A stretch of DNA of 64,000 bases from the NCBI GenBank assembly GCA_963727485.1, contig CAVSGM010000011.1, positions 480,001 to 544,000 of the forward strand. Reading direction: 5' to 3'. Both the position numbers and the translations under genes were made by a program. Positions 18,124 to 28,828 of this stretch are shown here, one piece after another. Every line of letters starts with the position of its first letter. The first letter of the stretch is position 1. A model generated the notes under the pieces. The model was not told the origin of the DNA, ran no database searches, and was given only the letters and a program-made list of their open reading frames with translations. The stretch comes from an uncultured delta proteobacterium. GTDB lineage: Bacteria > Myxococcota > Myxococcia > SLRQ01.

Positions 18124-18186
18124 GACGCCTGCCTACCCGCTGCTACCGTGGAGGTGGATGTAGGACAAGGTCGCCCCGGAGGAACG

Positions 18187-18360
18187 ATGTACGACACCGA
18201 CGCCCCCCACACCGACCCGCTCACCGGTCTCGTGATCCGGATCCCCGCCGGGGACTACGGCAGCCTCAAGGTGCTCTCCGAGCGCACCCGGATCCGCCAG
18301 AGCGAGTTCCTCCGTGAGGCCATCGCCGACCTCCTCGACAAGTACAGCCACCTCCTCTGA
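18187..18360 (+). CDS. ribbon-helix-helix DNA-binding protein
   Basis: LVIRIP strand then LKVLSERTRIRQSEFLREAIADLLDKY; GGAGG RBS. Confidence 0.8.
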   Translation: MYDTDAPHTDPLTGLVIRIPAGDYGSLKVLSERTRIRQSEFLREAIADLLDKYSHLL

Positions 18361-18374
18361 ACGAGGCCCCTTCG

Positions 18375-18485
18375 ATGGACACCAAGCTTCGCTGGTACCG
18401 GATCATCGCCGAGCGCGATCCCAAGGATCTTCCCTTCGCCCGGTTCTACAAGGAGCAGCTCGAGGCCCAGTCGGCCGCCCGCTGA
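18375..18485 (+). CDS. 36-aa microprotein (MDTKLRWYRIIAERDPKDLPFARFYKEQLEAQSAAR)
   Basis: GAGG upstream, G/C-ending codons, fills the gap after the RHH gene; absent from the ORF track. Confidence 0.55.
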   Translation: MDTKLRWYRIIAERDPKDLPFARFYKEQLEAQSAAR

Positions 18486-18512
18486 TCCGTCGCTGACACA
18501 AGGAGTCACGTC

Positions 18513-18635
18513 ATGCCCAAGGACATCCATCAGCTCAAGGCCTTCTACGACCGCCTCGACGAGCTCGTCGAGGAGCTCATCGACCTCGAGTTCGCCGCCG
18601 AGATGCGCCGGGTCCGCCGCGCCCTCGTCGACTAG
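18513..18635 (+). CDS. 40-aa microprotein (MPKDIHQLKAFYDRLDELVEELIDLEFAAEMRRVRRALVD)
   Basis: AAGGAG RBS, almost all codons end in G/C, stop overlaps the truA stop; absent from the ORF track. Confidence 0.7.
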   Translation: MPKDIHQLKAFYDRLDELVEELIDLEFAAEMRRVRRALVD

Positions 18636-19471
18636 CCCGCCCGATACGGAAACGGATTTACCGGCGCGGGGTAGCGCACCCTCACCAGGGTGAGCCCCCG
18701 GCCGGGCCCCCGGGGACCGTGATGCCGGTCCCGGGACGCGACCACGCCCGAGGCCGCCGAGGCCTCGAGCGCCCCCGAGCCCACCTGGGCCAGGAGGCCG
18801 GCGAGGTTTCGCACCTGGTGGCGCAAGAACGCCGTGCCGCTCACGGTGACCGCCACCAGGCGCCCCCCGGCGCGGCCGGGGTAGGGCGCCACCCGCACCA
18901 CCCCCGCGCCCAGGCGACGCGTGCCGTCGTCGGCAGTGAGGTCCCCGCGGTTGGTGGACAGGCCCCGGTAGTCGCGGGTGCCGAGGAGGGACCCCAGCGC
19001 CACGCTCACCGCCTCGGCGTCGAAGCTGACGGCCCAGGACACCTGCGGCGCGTCCGGGAAGCCCCTCGGATCCGGGAGCACCCAGGCCCGCGCGCGGAGG
19101 AACGGGTCCTCGGCCGCCGCCCCGAGATCCACCGGCAGGGCGAAGAGGTACCGGTAGACCTTCCCCCGGCTCGACCACCGCGCGTGAAACCGCGGGGGCG
19201 CCGGCACCAGGCCCCGGAGGCGGATCGCAGCCGGCAGGTGCGCCGCCAGGGCCACCGCGAGCCCCGGGTCCCAGGCCGCGAGCTTCACCTGGGCCACCTG
19301 CCCCTCGGCGTGGACCCCGGCGTCGGTGCGCGAGGCGCCTTGGAGGGGCGCCTCGACCCCGCAGGCGCCCAGGGCCGCCTCCACCAGCCCCTGCACCGTG
19401 GGGAGCGGCGGCTGGCGCTGGAAGCCGGAGAGCCCGGTGCCGTCGTAGGCGAGGCGGAGGACCGCGCGCAT
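18632..19471 (-). CDS. truA: tRNA pseudouridine synthase A family
   Basis: LAYDGT...GFQRQP, SRTDAGVHAEGQV, FHARW, KVYRY, AFLRHQVR. Confidence 0.9.
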   Translation of the reverse strand: MRAVLRLAYDGTGLSGFQRQPPLPTVQGLVEAALGACGVEAPLQGASRTDAGVHAEGQVAQVKLAAWDPGLAVALAAHLPAAIRLRGLVPAPPRFHARWSSRGKVYRYLFALPVDLGAAAEDPFLRARAWVLPDPRGFPDAPQVSWAVSFDAEAVSVALGSLLGTRDYRGLSTNRGDLTADDGTRRLGAGVVRVAPYPGRAGGRLVAVTVSGTAFLRHQVRNLAGLLAQVGSGALEASAASGVVASRDRHHGPRGPGRGLTLVRVRYPAPVNPFPYRAG

Positions 19472-19546
19472 CGAAGGGCCGAGCCTAGCCCAGCCGAGCC
19501 CCCGGCGTGTGGTACATTGTAGAGCCCGCGGGCAGATGGGGAGGAC

Positions 19547-20497
19547 ATGGCTGCGGAGCTCGGGACAGCGGACGACACACTGGGGATGGACCTGGGGACC
19601 AGCGGCGGGAGCTGGCTCTTCAAGGACCGGGATCTGCTCATGGGTCCGGTCCCCGCCCGGGTGCTGGTCGACAAGCTCTATGCGGGCGAGATCGGCCCCG
19701 ACACCCCCGTCGCCGACGAGCGCGACGAGACCTGGACGCGGCTTCGCGACGTGCCCTTCTTCACCGTGCACATCGCCCGGGCCCAGGCCCGGGGGCGGGT
19801 GCTCCAGGAGAAGCGTGACGCCGAGGGGAAGGCCCGCCGGGCCCGGAACCTCAAGATCGCCCTCGGCGCCGCGGCGGCGCTCATCCTGGTGGCGGCCGTG
19901 GCCACCGGCACCTGGTGGTGGGTGGTCCACCGGTCCCTGGCCGGCGACCACGCCAAGGAGCTCGCCAGCCTCTCCATCACCCTGAGCCCGCCCCAGATCT
20001 CCCTGTCCACCGCCGGCCACCACCGGGGCCCGGGGGGCCAGCTCCTCGACGTCGACGACGTCGCCAGCGCGCCCTCGCCACCGACCCACACCGCCCACCG
20101 GCCCGTGGCCCACCACACCAGCCACACCCACGCCGTCGCCCGCCACACCGCCTCCGCCGGCGGCGGGACCCCGGGCGCGCCGGCCCCGCCGTCCAACGGC
20201 GTCGGCCTCCACCGCAGCTACGACATGACCGCCATCAACGCCACCGTCCACCGGGTGGAGGCGACCCTCGTCCCCTGCGTGAAGCAGGAGGTGCAGCGCA
20301 GCGGCTTCCACGGGAAGATCCCCTTCGAGTTCGTGGTCAAGAACGACGGCCACGTGGGGCGCCTGTGGATCGACAACAAGGACCTCCGGGGGAGCCCCCT
20401 GAAGGCCTGCTTCGAGAAGACCATGGCCCGGTGGAAGTTCAAGGCCTTCCAGGGCGAGCGGCCGTCGGTCTCCCTCTCGTTCAACGTGGGCGGCTGA
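19547..20497 (+). CDS. GYF_2-like / TM / AgmX-PglI-like C-terminal domain protein
   Basis: WLFK...MGPV...W..LRDVP N-domain, one TM segment, C-domain LVPCVKQE...FVVKNDGHV...LKAC...WKF. Confidence 0.7.
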   Translation: MAAELGTADDTLGMDLGTSGGSWLFKDRDLLMGPVPARVLVDKLYAGEIGPDTPVADERDETWTRLRDVPFFTVHIARAQARGRVLQEKRDAEGKARRARNLKIALGAAAALILVAAVATGTWWWVVHRSLAGDHAKELASLSITLSPPQISLSTAGHHRGPGGQLLDVDDVASAPSPPTHTAHRPVAHHTSHTHAVARHTASAGGGTPGAPAPPSNGVGLHRSYDMTAINATVHRVEATLVPCVKQEVQRSGFHGKIPFEFVVKNDGHVGRLWIDNKDLRGSPLKACFEKTMARWKFKAFQGERPSVSLSFNVGG

Positions 20498-22586
20498 CCG
20501 CCCGCGCCGCCGCCCCCCTGGCCACCGCCCGCCGGCGCCGCGCCTCGGCGACGAGCATGAGGCCCGCGAGGGCCAGAAGGCCCGTCGCCCCCGGGGCACC
20601 GCTCGAGGCGCTGCACCCGCACCCGCCCGGGGACCCCCCACCGCCCCCGGGGCTCGGCTGCTCGGCGGCCAGCAGGGTCTTCACCGCGTCGTAGGCGTCG
20701 AGCTTCCCGTAGCCCCAGTGGGCGTTGGGCACCTTGCCGGTGAAGCTGTCGTGCTTCGCCGTGTCCTCGAGGATCTTCCGGGCCTCGGCGGGGGTGAGGT
20801 CGGGCTTCACCGCGAGCATCAGGGCCAGGGTCCCGGCCACGTGCGGCGACGCCATGGAGGTGCCGCGCATCACCATCACCCCGTCGTCGACCAGCTCCTT
20901 GCGGTCGAGGACCAGGCCGTTCTCCCCGAAGGGCGCGGCGATCCACTCCCCGGGGGCGGCGATCTCGGGCTTGAACCCGGTCCGCGCCGGGGCGGCGGTG
21001 GGCCCGACGCTGGAGAAGAACGCGATGTCCCCCACGGTGGTCGAGGGGTCGGTGATGGTCTTGCCGTCGATGTCGGGCCAGCTGTTCCGCGTCGCGAAGG
21101 CGGCGACGGTGATGACGTTGGGCGCGACCCCGGGCATGGCCACCGTCTCCCGGGCGTCGCCGGGGGCGAGGCCCTCGCCGGTGGCGGTGCCGAAGACCGA
21201 GGGCTGGGAGAGGAAGCCGCTCGCCGGCACCCAGGCGTTGAAGGCCCCATGGCCCGAGAGGCGCATCAGCCACCGATAGCCCCCGGCGTTCCCGGCGAAG
21301 GTGTCCGGGTCCGACGACGGGAGGATCACCAGGTTGGCCTCGCGCTTGCCGTTCTCGGGGTCCGGCGCCGACCAGGCAATCTGCACCTGGCCGAGGGCCT
21401 GGCCGCCCTCCTTCAGGGTCCCGGTGAAGCTCGCGGGCTCGGCCACGAACCCCGTCGAGGCCACCACCGCCCCCGAGGCGTCGACCAGGTCCAGGTCGAT
21501 CCGGGCGCTGGCCCCGGGGTCGAGCCAGAGGTCCACGTCCATCCCGTTGGAGCCGGTGCCGCCGTAGGGCTTCACCTCGGTGGTCGTCGGGGTCTCCTGG
21601 AGGGTGTAGCCCAGGTGGATGGGGGTCCAGCCCTCGTTCCCGGCGGCGACGGCGATGAGCCGCCCGGGGCCGGTGAGGGCGTCGATGGCCTGGCTCTCGA
21701 GGCTGGTGCCGTCGTGGGGCCCGTAGTGGCCGCCGAGGGACATGTTGATCACCACCGGCTCTCCGAGGCCCGCGGCCGTGTCCATGACCCACTTCACCGA
21801 GGCCCCGAGGTGCTGGAAGGTGAGGCTCTTGGCCACCACGTAGTCCACGTCCGGGGCGACCCCCTGGTACTGGCGGTCCCGGCCCCCGGCGGTGGCGGCG
21901 ACGTGGGTCCCGTGGCCCACCATGTCCACGTAGTCGCAGTTCCCGTCGAGGAGGTCGGCGCGGGTGCAGAGGTTCCCGCCGGTGTAGCCCTTGGGGGGCG
22001 TCCCCTTGGAGGCGACCTGGTCCCAGAGGGCCTGGACCCGGGTCTTCCCGTCGTCCCCGGCGAAGGTCTTGATCCGGTAGTCGATCCCCGTGTCCACCAG
22101 GCCCAGGACGACGCCCTTGCCGTTCACGGCCCGGGGGAGCCCGGTGCCCTTCTGGACCCGGTCGGCGCCGATGGCGGGGACGCTCTTGTCCAGGAGCCGC
22201 CGGTGGCCGAGGTCCGCCTCGGCGCGCACCAGGGTCGGGTCCACCGCCAGCTCGGCGAGGTGGGCCAGGGGCACCCGGGCGTCGAGGAGGCGCTGGCCCA
22301 GGGGCACCGCCCAGCCCCCGAGGGCCTTCACCCGGGCCACCATCGCCGGGACCGCCGCCGGGGAGGCCACCCGCAGGTAGCAGGACACCTGGTAGGTGGG
22401 CCGCAGCTTGCCGGCGAAGGCCGGGGGAAACGCCGCCTCGCCCCGGCCCTGGTAGCTCTGGAGGAGCCGGGTGAGGTGGAGGCCCAGGACCCCGGGCGCG
22501 GGGGCCTGCGGGGGCGGCGTGCCCCCGCCCGCGGGGAGGGCGGCGAGGAGGAGCGAGAGGGTCAGGGCGTGCACCATGGCGGGCAT
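20481..22586 (-). CDS. S8 subtilisin-like serine peptidase with MYXO-CTERM-type tail
   Basis: DTGID, HGTHVA, AAGN, GTSMASPHVAG, WGYGKLD; GCGCS-TM-RRRR. Confidence 0.92.
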   Translation of the reverse strand: MPAMVHALTLSLLLAALPAGGGTPPPQAPAPGVLGLHLTRLLQSYQGRGEAAFPPAFAGKLRPTYQVSCYLRVASPAAVPAMVARVKALGGWAVPLGQRLLDARVPLAHLAELAVDPTLVRAEADLGHRRLLDKSVPAIGADRVQKGTGLPRAVNGKGVVLGLVDTGIDYRIKTFAGDDGKTRVQALWDQVASKGTPPKGYTGGNLCTRADLLDGNCDYVDMVGHGTHVAATAGGRDRQYQGVAPDVDYVVAKSLTFQHLGASVKWVMDTAAGLGEPVVINMSLGGHYGPHDGTSLESQAIDALTGPGRLIAVAAGNEGWTPIHLGYTLQETPTTTEVKPYGGTGSNGMDVDLWLDPGASARIDLDLVDASGAVVASTGFVAEPASFTGTLKEGGQALGQVQIAWSAPDPENGKREANLVILPSSDPDTFAGNAGGYRWLMRLSGHGAFNAWVPASGFLSQPSVFGTATGEGLAPGDARETVAMPGVAPNVITVAAFATRNSWPDIDGKTITDPSTTVGDIAFFSSVGPTAAPARTGFKPEIAAPGEWIAAPFGENGLVLDRKELVDDGVMVMRGTSMASPHVAGTLALMLAVKPDLTPAEARKILEDTAKHDSFTGKVPNAHWGYGKLDAYDAVKTLLAAEQPSPGGGGGSPGGCGCSASSGAPGATGLLALAGLMLVAEARRRRAVARGAAARAVSRPR

Positions 22587-22612
22587 CCTACCGGGATGCT
22601 AGAAACCCGGCC

Positions 22613-23278
22613 ATGGATGGGGAGAAGACCAAGGCGGTGGCGGCAATCGAGGCCCAGATGGCCCAGGTCCCCCCGGGGTCCTACCGGCACCAGGTGCTGG
22701 AGGTGGCCCGGGACTTCAAGAACGCCTGGGTGTCCCTGGGCGCCCACCTCACCAAGGTCTCGAGTGGCGCCCTCTACAAGGAGTGGGGCTACGACGACTT
22801 CGAGACCTACTGCCAGCGCGAGCTGCACATCCGCAAGGCCACCGCCCACAAGCTCACGGCGACCTACGGGTTCATGCAGCGCCACGAGCCCCGGCTCCTC
22901 GAGCGCGCCGAGGCCGACCCGGTGGTCCGGGCCCAGGTCCCCGCCTTCGAGGTGGTGCAGGTCCTCTCCCGGGCCGAGGAGCGGGGGCAGATTGGGGAGG
23001 CCGAGTACCGGGAGGTCCGGGACCGGGTCTTCGAGGGGCCGCGTCCCCCGGCGCCCTCGACCCTGGCCCGGGCAATCAACGGCAAGTGGCCGGCGCCGCC
23101 CCCGCCCGAGCCCGACCAGGGGGTGCGGGTGCGCCAGCTCTCTGCCGCAGCGCGTCGTCTGGCCGACGGTGCCCGGCGGTCCGACGCGGTCCCCCAGGCG
23201 GTCAAGGACCGGGCGGAGGCCCTCGCCGAGGACTTCGTCGCCCTCCTCGAGGCCGGGGCTTGGCGGGACGCCGGGTGA
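22613..23278 (+). CDS. hypothetical protein, possible HTH-like domain
   Basis: Clean ORF; LYKEWGYDDFETYCQRELHIRKATAHKL motif. Confidence 0.75.
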   Translation: MDGEKTKAVAAIEAQMAQVPPGSYRHQVLEVARDFKNAWVSLGAHLTKVSSGALYKEWGYDDFETYCQRELHIRKATAHKLTATYGFMQRHEPRLLERAEADPVVRAQVPAFEVVQVLSRAEERGQIGEAEYREVRDRVFEGPRPPAPSTLARAINGKWPAPPPPEPDQGVRVRQLSAAARRLADGARRSDAVPQAVKDRAEALAEDFVALLEAGAWRDAG

Positions 23279-23354
23279 GGCCCTAACCTGACCTCAAGCT
23301 GACCCGTCGACGGGATTGCCGGGCGCGCGGGGTTGTGTAGTAGGCTGGGAGACG

Positions 23355-24641
23355 ATGAGCCGAAAGGATCACCACCACGGGAATCTCTCCTGCTCCTTCT
23401 GCGGAAAGGGGCAGCGGGAGGTACGCAAGCTGATCGCCGGCCCCACGGTCTACATCTGCGACGAGTGCATTCGCCTCTGCAATGACATCGTCGCCGAGGA
23501 GGCCGAGCGGGACGAGACCCAGCCCAAGGTCAACCTGCCCACGCCCGAGGAGATCAAGAAGTTCCTCGACGAGTACGTGGTGGGCCAGGACCCGGCCAAG
23601 AAGGTCCTCTCGGTCGCGGTCTACAACCACTACAAGCGGATCTACGCCCGCAAGCCCACGCGCCGGCGCCCGGGCCAGACGCCGCGGCCCGGCCACGAGG
23701 AGCCCGTCGAGCTCCAGAAGAGCAACATCCTCCTCCTCGGGCCCACCGGCTCGGGGAAGACGCTGCTGGCCCAGTCGCTCGCCCGGATGCTGGAGGTGCC
23801 CTTCACCATCGCCGACGCCACCAGCCTCACCGAGGCCGGCTACGTGGGCGAGGACGTGGAGAACATCATCCAGAACCTGCTCCACGCCGCCGACTACGAC
23901 GTGGACAAGGCGGCGCGCGGCATCGTCTACGTCGACGAGATCGACAAGATCGCCCGCAAGGGCGACACCCCGTCGGTCACCCGTGACGTCTCCGGCGAGG
24001 GGGTGCAGCAGGCGCTCCTCAAGATCATCGAGGGCACCCGCGCCAACGTCACCCCCCGGGGCGGCAAGAAGTACAACCAGCAGGAGTACATCCAGGTCGA
24101 CACCTCGGACATCCTCTTCATCTGCGGCGGCGCCTTCCACGGCATCGAGCAGACCATCCAGCGCCGGGTGGGCGAGAAGGGGCTGGGCTTCGGGGCCAAG
24201 GTGGTGGGCCGCCGGGACCAGTCGGTGGGCGAGCTGTTGGCCCTGGCCGAGCCGGGGGACATCATCCGCTTTGGGATGATCCCCGAGTTCGTGGGCCGCC
24301 TGCCGGTGCTGGCCACCCTCGACGACCTCTCCGAGGCCGACCTCATCCGCATCCTCACCGAGCCGAAGAACGCGCTGATCAAGCAGTACCAGAAGCTCTT
24401 CGAGATGGAGAAGGTGAAGCTCGAGTTCGAGGAGTCGGCGCTGCGGGCCATCGCCAAAGAGGCGATGCGCCGCCAGGCCGGTGCCCGCGGTCTGCGCGCC
24501 ATCATGGAGAACGCGATGCTCGACATCATGTACGACATCCCGTTCCAGGACGGCGTGAAGTCGGTAAAGATCCACGGCGGCGTGATCTCCAAGGGCGAGG
24601 CCCCGGAGATCGTCTACGAGAAGGAAAAGAAGTCCGCCTGA
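23355..24641 (+). CDS. clpX: ATP-dependent Clp protease ATP-binding subunit ClpX (paralogue, no adjacent clpP)
   Basis: CSFC...CDEC zinc domain, [41 protein letters not shown]. Confidence 0.95.
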   Translation: MSRKDHHHGNLSCSFCGKGQREVRKLIAGPTVYICDECIRLCNDIVAEEAERDETQPKVNLPTPEEIKKFLDEYVVGQDPAKKVLSVAVYNHYKRIYARKPTRRRPGQTPRPGHEEPVELQKSNILLLGPTGSGKTLLAQSLARMLEVPFTIADATSLTEAGYVGEDVENIIQNLLHAADYDVDKAARGIVYVDEIDKIARKGDTPSVTRDVSGEGVQQALLKIIEGTRANVTPRGGKKYNQQEYIQVDTSDILFICGGAFHGIEQTIQRRVGEKGLGFGAKVVGRRDQSVGELLALAEPGDIIRFGMIPEFVGRLPVLATLDDLSEADLIRILTEPKNALIKQYQKLFEMEKVKLEFEESALRAIAKEAMRRQAGARGLRAIMENAMLDIMYDIPFQDGVKSVKIHGGVISKGEAPEIVYEKEKKSA

Positions 24642-24814
24642 CCGCCGGGGGCGGCTCGCCTCCCGTCGCCCGGCTACGCCACGGGTGCTCGCAGGAATGC
24701 TTCAGGCGCCCAGTGGTACGGAGCCTTGGGGCGCGTTTCTCTGGTGCGGGATCAAACGGGCACGCCGAAATCCGCCCGAGTGCCCCCACCGCGATGGAGC
24801 GCGCCGCCGGCCGG

Positions 24815-26333
24815 CTACGTCTCCCGCACCCGCACCGTCGTCTTCATCTCGCGGCCGGAGAGCGGGTCCCGGGCGCTCATGGTGAGGATCCCCTCGATGT
24901 TGATGTCGAAGGTGACCTCCACCTTGGCCTCGCCCTTGGGGCCGGACTGGATGCCCTCGAAGGTGAAGTCTCCGAGCAGCTCGTTGTCGACCACCAGCTC
25001 GGCGTCGCCCTGGAAGATGCGCATCGCCAGCTCGGTCTGACCGTCGAAGCTGGTGGTGCCGGTCAGGGCCTTGGCGTTGGGGATGGGGGCGTTGCGGTCG
25101 AAGACCTTGTGGAACTTCCCGCCCGCCATCTCCAGGCCGATGGCCATGGGGATGACGTCCAGGAGCTGGATGCGCAGGTTGGTGTCGTCGGTGAGGCTGT
25201 GGCCGTAGAGGGCGGCGCCGATGGCCACGGCCTCGTCGGGGTGGACGGCCTTGGAGGGCGCCTTGCCGAAGTACTCGGTGAGTCGATCGTGGATGATCGG
25301 CATCCGGGACTGGCCGCCGACGAGCATCACCTCGTCGAGCTCGCCCGGCTCGAGGCCCGCGTCGGCGAGGACCTCGTCGATCTTGGCGATGGTCCGGTCG
25401 ACCAGGGGGTCGGTGAGCGCCTGGAAGAGCTCCCGGGTGATGGTGAGGTCGATGTTGAGGGGCATCCCCTGGGGGGTCATGGTGATGAAGGGGACGTTGA
25501 AGGGCACCGACTCCCGGCTGGAGAGGTCGATCTTGGACGCGCTCGGCCAGATCCTTGATGCGCTGCATCGCCACCGGGTCGTTGGAGAGGTCGACGGCGT
25601 GCTTCCCGGCGAAGTCCCCGAGGACGTAGTGGATGAGGGCGTTGTCGAAGTCGAGGCCGCCGAGGAAGATGTCGCCGCCGGTGGCCTTCACCTCGAACAC
25701 CCGGTCGCGGATCTCGATGACCGAGACGTCGAAGGTGCCCCCGCCGAGGTCGTAGATGAGGACCTTCTCGTTGAGCGATCGGCCCACGCCGTAGGCCAGG
25801 GCCGCGCTGGTGGGCTCGTTGATGATCCGCACCACCTCGAGATCGATGAGCTTGCCCGCCTCCTTGACCGCCTGGCGCTGCTTGTCGGTGAAGTAGGCGG
25901 GGACGGTGACCACCGCCCGGCTGACGGGCTCGCCGAGGTGGTCCGAGGCCACGCCGCGGACCTTGGAGAGGATCTTGGCGGCGATCTCCGACATCCGGAA
26001 GTCCTTGCCGGCGATCTGGATCAGCACCTCGTGCTTCACGTCGGCGGCCTTCATCTCGTAGGCCACCACGTCCTTCATGGTGTCCACCACGTCGGACTTG
26101 TAGTTCCGGCCGATGAGGCGCTTGCTGGCGTAGACGGTGTTCCGGGGGTTGAGCTGCCACTGGCGCTTGGCCTCGTGGCCCACCAGCTCGTTGCCCTTGT
26201 CGTCCACGGCGAAGATCGAGGGAATGGTGCTGGACCCGTCCTTGTAGGGAACGAGGTGCACCTTCCCCTCGTCGTCGGTGTAGGCGGCGCAGGAGTTCGT
26301 GGTCCCCAGGTCGATTCCGATGATTCGGCTCAT
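24815..26333 (-). CDS. Hsp70/DnaK-like protein lacking the C-terminal lid, +1 frameshift at about 25535
   Basis: [53 protein letters not shown]. Confidence 0.9.
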
Positions 26334-26529
26334 CGGAGAGGGATTCTATACGGTTCCGGGCCTCGGGTGCAGGCCTACCTTGCCCCGTCGGGTCCCGGGC
26401 AGCCCGGAGGCCGGTTCCGGGGTGGGGCCGGGGGGCCGGGGCCGGCGTTGTGCGGGCCGCCCGGGCGCGGGTAACGTCAATCCGGGGCCGGACTGGCCCC
26501 GCCCCCGATCGGGAAGCAGGTTTCGTACT

Positions 26530-28779
26530 ATGGACGCCAGGCGTTTTCTCGGAGAGGTCCGCTCGTCGGTGCAGGACCGGTTCGTCCGCAGCCAGACCCT
26601 CCTCTCCTTCGACGAGTACCTCCAGGCCTTCCTCGAGCGCCCCCGGCCCTACGCCCGGGGGGTGGCCCAGTACCTCCTCGACGCCTTCGACCACTACGGC
26701 GCCGACGCGGTGGACACCCCGGCGGGGGAGCTCAAGCGCTTCCGGCTCTTCGACCAGCCGTTCGCCGACGGCCGGGGGCGCATCGCCGGCCAGGAGGACG
26801 TGGCGGCGCACCTCTACCGGATCCTCCGGAACTTCGCCCGGCAGGGGCGGGTGGACCGGCTGATCCTCCTCCACGGGCCCAACGGCTCGGCGAAGAGCTC
26901 CATCGTCTCGGCGCTGATGGCCACCCTGGGCGCCTACAGCCACGAGGACGACGGCGCGGTCTACCGGTTCAACTGGGTCTTCCCCAGCGCCAAGCTGGTC
27001 AAGGGGACCATCGGCTTCGGGGGGGCCGCCGGGACCGAGGCGCCGCCCACCTTCGCCCACCTCGAGGGCGACGACGTGGAGCTGCGGATCCCCTGCGAGA
27101 TGAAGGACCACCCGATGCTCCTGGTGCCCCAGGACGAGCGGCGCCGGCTCCTCGAGGGGGCCTGCAGGCCGGTGGACAAGGGCGACGCCAGCGACGGCGA
27201 CTTCGTGCTGCCCGACTACCTGGTCCACGGCGAGGTCTGCCAGAAGTGCCGCACCATCTACCAGGCGCTGATGGCGAGCTACGGCGGCGACTGGGGCCGG
27301 GTGATGGCCCACGTCCAGGTGGAGCGCTTCTACTACTCCCGGCGCTACCTCTCGGGGGCGGTCACCCTGGAGCCCCAGATGTCGGTGGACGCCGGGGTGC
27401 GGGTGGTGGCGATGGACCAGCGGTCGGGGCAGCTCCCGGCGCCGATCCAGTCGGTGACCCTCGTGGAGGCCTTCGGGCCCCTGGTCAACGCCAACCGCGG
27501 GATCCTCGAGTACGCGGACATCCTCAAGCGGCCCATCGAGGCCTTCAAGTACCTCCTGGGCACCTCCGAGACCAGCGAGGTGCGCATGGAGCACCTCATC
27601 CTCCAGCTCGACACCCTGCTGGTGGCCTCGACCAACGAGGAGCACCTGGCGGCGTTCAAGGAGATCCCCGACTTCGCCGCCTTCAAGGGGCGCATCGAGC
27701 TGGTGAAGGTGCCCTACCTCCGGCGCTTCGCCGCCGAGCGGGAGATCTACGCCGACCAGGTCACCGAGGCCTCGGTGGGCAAGCACCTGGCGCCCCACGC
27801 CATCGACGTGGCGGCGTGGTGGGCGGTGCTCACGCGGCTCAAGAAGCCGCTGGCCAATCGCTTCCCCGACTCGGCGCGGCCGGTGGTCGACGCCCTCGAG
27901 CCCTGGGAGAAGCTCACCCTCTACGACACCGGGGCGACCCCGGACCGCCTGCCCATGGCCCAGGCCCGGGAGCTCAAGCGGGTGATCCCGGACCTCTACC
28001 ACGAGTCCGACGCCTGGCCCGCCTTCGAGGGCCGGGACGGGGCGAGCGCCCGGGAGATGAAGACGGTGCTCCTCAACGCCGCCCAGAGCCCGCGCCACGC
28101 CTGCCTCACCCCGGTGGCGGTGCTCGAGGAGCTGAAGGCGCTGGTCCAGGACAAGACGGTCTACGGCTTCCTCCAGCAGGAGGTGGTCGAGGGCTACCAT
28201 GACCCCGAGCGCTTCGTGACGGTGGTCGAGGAGGCCTGGCTCGACCGGGTCGACGACGAGGTCCGCGACGCCCTGGGCCTGGTGGCCGAGGAGCAGTACC
28301 GGGAGTGGTTCGGGCGGTACGTGGTCCACGTCACCGCCTGGGTCCGGGGCGAGAAGATCAAGAACCGGGTCACCGGCGCCTACGAGCCCGCGGACGAGCG
28401 GATGATGGAGGAGATGGAGGCGATCGTCATGGGGGCCGACGACGACCGCGACGACTTCCGCAAGGGGCTCATCACCCAGATCGGCGCCTTCCGCCTGGAG
28501 AACCCCGACGACGACGGCGACCTGGACTTCCCGCGGATCTTCCCCGAGCACTTCCGGCGCCTGCGCGACCACTACCACGACGAGCGGCGGCGCCAGCTGC
28601 GCCGGGTCCAGGAGAACTTCCTCGACTTCATCGAGCCCGACGGCAAGACGGGCCTCGACGCCAAGGAGCGCGCCCAGCTCGAGGAGATGATGGAGAACCT
28701 CCGGCGGCGCCACGGCTACTGCGACCATTGCGCCCGGGACGCCATTTTGGCACTGATGCGGTCGCGGTATCGATCGTGA
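26530..28779 (+). CDS. PrkA/YeaG-family AAA+ protein
   Basis: LLHGPNGSAKS, NANRGILEYADILKRP, GRIELVKVPY, GASAREM, C-terminal GYCDHCA. Confidence 0.85.
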   Translation: MDARRFLGEVRSSVQDRFVRSQTLLSFDEYLQAFLERPRPYARGVAQYLLDAFDHYGADAVDTPAGELKRFRLFDQPFADGRGRIAGQEDVAAHLYRILRNFARQGRVDRLILLHGPNGSAKSSIVSALMATLGAYSHEDDGAVYRFNWVFPSAKLVKGTIGFGGAAGTEAPPTFAHLEGDDVELRIPCEMKDHPMLLVPQDERRRLLEGACRPVDKGDASDGDFVLPDYLVHGEVCQKCRTIYQALMASYGGDWGRVMAHVQVERFYYSRRYLSGAVTLEPQMSVDAGVRVVAMDQRSGQLPAPIQSVTLVEAFGPLVNANRGILEYADILKRPIEAFKYLLGTSETSEVRMEHLILQLDTLLVASTNEEHLAAFKEIPDFAAFKGRIELVKVPYLRRFAAEREIYADQVTEASVGKHLAPHAIDVAAWWAVLTRLKKPLANRFPDSARPVVDALEPWEKLTLYDTGATPDRLPMAQARELKRVIPDLYHESDAWPAFEGRDGASAREMKTVLLNAAQSPRHACLTPVAVLEELKALVQDKTVYGFLQQEVVEGYHDPERFVTVVEEAWLDRVDDEVRDALGLVAEEQYREWFGRYVVHVTAWVRGEKIKNRVTGAYEPADERMMEEMEAIVMGADDDRDDFRKGLITQIGAFRLENPDDDGDLDFPRIFPEHFRRLRDHYHDERRRQLRRVQENFLDFIEPDGKTGLDAKERAQLEEMMENLRRRHGYCDHCARDAILALMRSRYRS

Positions 28780-28828
28780 TCGGCGATCGCCTGGGGGGCC
28801 CGGCGGTCGTCCTTTTCCGGAGGTGACC

